A DNA stretch of 64,000 nucleotides, taken from the NCBI GenBank assembly GCA_017404555.1, contig JAFRCD010000005.1, positions 54,488 through 118,487 of the forward strand, in the 5' to 3' direction. The notes beneath the pieces are model-generated. The model worked only from the letters and a program-made list of their open reading frames with translations. It had not been told where the DNA came from and ran no database searches. Positions 61,231-64,000 of the stretch are shown piece by piece. This stretch comes from Bacilli bacterium. GTDB lineage: Bacteria > Bacillota_I > Bacilli_A > RF39 > UBA660. The position numbers were made by a program, and so were the translations under genes. Positions within the stretch are counted from its first letter, which is position 1, and every line of letters begins with the position of its first letter.

Positions 61231-63840
61231 CTACTTAGCTTCATACCAATTATCACCACAAGCAATACCTACTTCAAGTGGTACATCTAAAGTAACGATA
61301 TTCTCCATAATATCTTTTACTAGTTTCTTTAGTTCCTGTTCCTCTTCTTTTACAGCATTAATAATTAATTCATCATGAACTTGAAGAAGAATTTTACTTT
61401 TATATTTACGTTTATTCATCTCTTTATACAATTTAACCATAGCCATTTTTAATATATCAGCCGCTGTACCCTGTATTGGAGTATTAAGAGCCATTCTCTC
61501 TCCAGCTTGACGAACCATATAGTTTTTATTCTTTAATTCATGAATATATCTTTTACGATTATATAATGTTTTTACATAACCTAATTCATAAGCACTTTTA
61601 ATAGTGTTTTCATTAAAAGTCTTAATTTCTTTATATGTATCTAAATATTTATCTATAAAGCTTTTAGCCTCTTTAATATCAATACCTAAGTCTTCTGAAA
61701 GACCAAAACTACTCATACCATATAAAATACCAAAATTAACAGCTTTAGCTGCTTTTCTTTGTTTTTTAGTAACTTTATCAAAAGGTATATTAAATATCTC
61801 TGAAGCTGTTGAAGTATGAATATCCTGATGATTCTTAAAAGCTTTAATCATACTCTCTGACTTAGACATATGCGCAAACACTCTTAATTCTATTTGTGAA
61901 TAATCAGAAGATATAAAGGCTGAATTATCATCAGGTATAAAAGCACTCCTAATTAATTTAGAATATTCTTCACTAGAAGGAATATTCTGTAAGTTAGGAT
62001 TAATACTAGATAAACGCCCTGTCCTAGTTAGAGTTTGCGTATAAATAGTATGTATTCTTCCATCTTCTCTAATTTCCGCTTTTAATCCTTCAGCATAATT
62101 AGTATAAAGCTTACTTAAAGTACGATATTCAAGCACTTTAGGCACTATTTCATGTTCATCAACTATTTTATCTAAAATATCTTTACTTGTTGAATATGAC
62201 CCGTTTTTGACCCTCTTAGGGTATGGTATTTCTAACTTAACAAATAATATTTCAGATAACTGTTTAGGAGATGATATATTGAACTCTTCCCCTGCTAAAG
62301 CATGTATCTCAGAAGTTACTTTTTCTAACTTTTCATGTAACTCTAAAGAAATCTTGTCTAAATACTCTTTATCTACTCTAATACCAGTTATTTCCATATC
62401 AGCTAAAACTTCTGTAAGAGGCATTTCAATATTCTCAAAAAGATCCATCATCTCTTCTTTTTCAAGTTCTTTTAATATTTCCTCTTTAGTATCCGCAATA
62501 AATTCTACTTTTTTACAAAGTAAATCTTTTAATTCTTCACTACTATATTCCTTTTTCCTCTTTTCAGTACCATAAAAATCAGTATATAGAGGTATATCAT
62601 AACCAAATTCACTCGCAATCACACTAATATCATCCTTAGGATCATAATCAAGTAAATAAGTACCTATCATCGCATCATATACTACATTATTAAGCTTAAT
62701 GTCATATTTAGATAAAAGAACTAAATCTTTCTTTAAATCATAAGTATATTTTTCAGTACCATTTTCCAATAAATCTTTATTATTTAATATATCCTTCTCT
62801 TCTAAAAAGTACAAACTTTCTCCATCACAAAAACTAATACCCAAAATATTACCTTTACTATAATAAGTATTATCTACTTCAATATATAAACTATAAGGTT
62901 TTGTACTATCTAATTTAGAAATATCTTTTATTTCTTTTTTACTTTTCTTAGATACTTTTACTTCTTTTTCCTCTTCATCAAGTTCAAATTTCCTAATAAA
63001 AGACTTAAATTCTAATTCTTCTAAAGCTTTCTTTAATTCTTTTTTATTAAAACCAGTATAATTCAAATCTTCAAGATCAAAATCTAGTTTAACATCACGG
63101 TAAATTGTCGCCAAATCATAACTCTTATAAGCATTTTCTTTGTCATTAATTAGTTTTTCTTTAGTTTTACAAGTAATCTCATCAATATGATCATATAAAT
63201 TATCCAAACTATCATATTTTTCCAAAAGAGAAATAGCAGTCTTTTCACCTATACCTTTAACACCTGGAATATTATCAGAAGAATCGCCCATTAAAGCCTT
63301 CAAATCAATCATTCTAATAGGATCTACTCTATAAGTATCCCTAAAAGTTTTTTTATCCATCCTAATAAAACCAGATTGTTTTAATAACTTAACATCAACT
63401 TCATCAGAAATTAACTGTAAAAGATCTTTATCACTACTAATTATAGTCGCAACAAAATCTCCTTCATTATCAACTATTTTAGCTACTGTACCAATAATAT
63501 CATCAGCTTCATAATTATCAATCTCAAAATACTTAATACCCATTGCCTTCAAAATATCTTTAGCAACTGGTATTTGCTGTTTCAATTCCTCTGGAGTAGC
63601 ATTTCTGCCTGCTTTATATTCTTTATACTTTTCATGTCTGAAGGTTTTACCCTTATCAAAAGCAACTAATATATATTCAGGTTTTTCTTCATTAATTATC
63701 TTATTCATCATCGCAATAAAGCCATATAAGGCATTAGTAGGAAAACCCTTTGAATTGCGCATAATATGACCTGAATAAGCAGTCGCAAAATAACTCCTAA
63801 ATACTAAATTGTTTCCGTCAACCAAAATAACTTTTTTCAT
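61231..63840 (-). CDS. polA: DNA polymerase I
   Basis: 5'-3' exonuclease (YEADDIIG, DKDLLQL); TGRLSS..PNLQNIP, DYSQIELR, LQVHDEL. Confidence 0.98.
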   Translation of the reverse strand: MKKVILVDGNNLVFRSYFATAYSGHIMRNSKGFPTNALYGFIAMMNKIINEEKPEYILVAFDKGKTFRHEKYKEYKAGRNATPEELKQQIPVAKDILKAMGIKYFEIDNYEADDIIGTVAKIVDNEGDFVATIISSDKDLLQLISDEVDVKLLKQSGFIRMDKKTFRDTYRVDPIRMIDLKALMGDSSDNIPGVKGIGEKTAISLLEKYDSLDNLYDHIDEITCKTKEKLINDKENAYKSYDLATIYRDVKLDFDLEDLNYTGFNKKELKKALEELEFKSFIRKFELDEEEKEVKVSKKSKKEIKDISKLDSTKPYSLYIEVDNTYYSKGNILGISFCDGESLYFLEEKDILNNKDLLENGTEKYTYDLKKDLVLLSKYDIKLNNVVYDAMIGTYLLDYDPKDDISVIASEFGYDIPLYTDFYGTEKRKKEYSSEELKDLLCKKVEFIADTKEEILKELEKEEMMDLFENIEMPLTEVLADMEITGIRVDKEYLDKISLELHEKLEKVTSEIHALAGEEFNISSPKQLSEILFVKLEIPYPKRVKNGSYSTSKDILDKIVDEHEIVPKVLEYRTLSKLYTNYAEGLKAEIREDGRIHTIYTQTLTRTGRLSSINPNLQNIPSSEEYSKLIRSAFIPDDNSAFISSDYSQIELRVFAHMSKSESMIKAFKNHQDIHTSTASEIFNIPFDKVTKKQRKAAKAVNFGILYGMSSFGLSEDLGIDIKEAKSFIDKYLDTYKEIKTFNENTIKSAYELGYVKTLYNRKRYIHELKNKNYMVRQAGERMALNTPIQGTAADILKMAMVKLYKEMNKRKYKSKILLQVHDELIINAVKEEEQELKKLVKDIMENIVTLDVPLEVGIACGDNWYEAK

Positions 63841-63883
63841 ATATTAACTCCTAATATTAATATATACTTTTTTTCATATTTTT

Positions 63884-64000
63884 TCAATTACATAATAAGG
63901 ATATTTTCTTTATTAAAGTATCAATAACCTCTTCATCATTAATCAAGTTAATAGAAAAAGTTTTATATCCTATTCTATTAATACTAGTACCACAATGATA
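63884..64000 (-). CDS. 3' end of an unidentified CDS truncated by the window edge
   Basis: Open frame YHCGTSINRIGYKTFSINLINDEEVIDTLIKKISLLCN then TGA. Confidence 0.45.
   Translation of the reverse strand, partial: YHCGTSINRIGYKTFSINLINDEEVIDTLIKKISLLCN

Overview
A 64 kb, very AT-rich, gene-dense chromosomal segment of a genome-reduced Bacillota member. It uses the standard code (TGA is a stop) and has Bacillus-type gene content with sporulation genes, most consistent with an RF39/Erysipelotrichia-like lineage (inference). The window spans the replication terminus: genes are mostly on + up to about 35 kb and mostly on - after it, and a Bacillus-type dif site lies at 35134-35161, with xerD and parEC on the left arm. 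Most genes are housekeeping (uvrC, mutL, miaA, parEC, hrcA-grpE-dnaK-pepF-dnaJ with two CIRCE boxes, rnhC, T-box-alaS, holA, rarA, mnmA, thyA, xseAB, nusB, mutS, hemW, lepA, rpsT, mutM, polA, two tRNAs) or sporulation-related (sirA, ylbDEF, spoIIM, spoIVB, ylbJ, spoIIP, gpr). I saw no CRISPR array, transposase, reverse transcriptase or prophage. The most unusual items are: a ClpX paralog with a novel acidic N-domain and an orphan partner gene; a phosphopentomutase whose catalytic Thr is replaced by His; a phage/PMK-like kinase placed first in the Ala T-box operon; four dispersed type IV pilin-like genes that sit where conserved operons appear split by dif-centred inversions; an HTH gene abutting dif; a two-gene operon whose products both end in VxAA; and a probable AUU start for spoIVB. 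All gene calls come from motif and synteny recognition by eye; no database searches were run.
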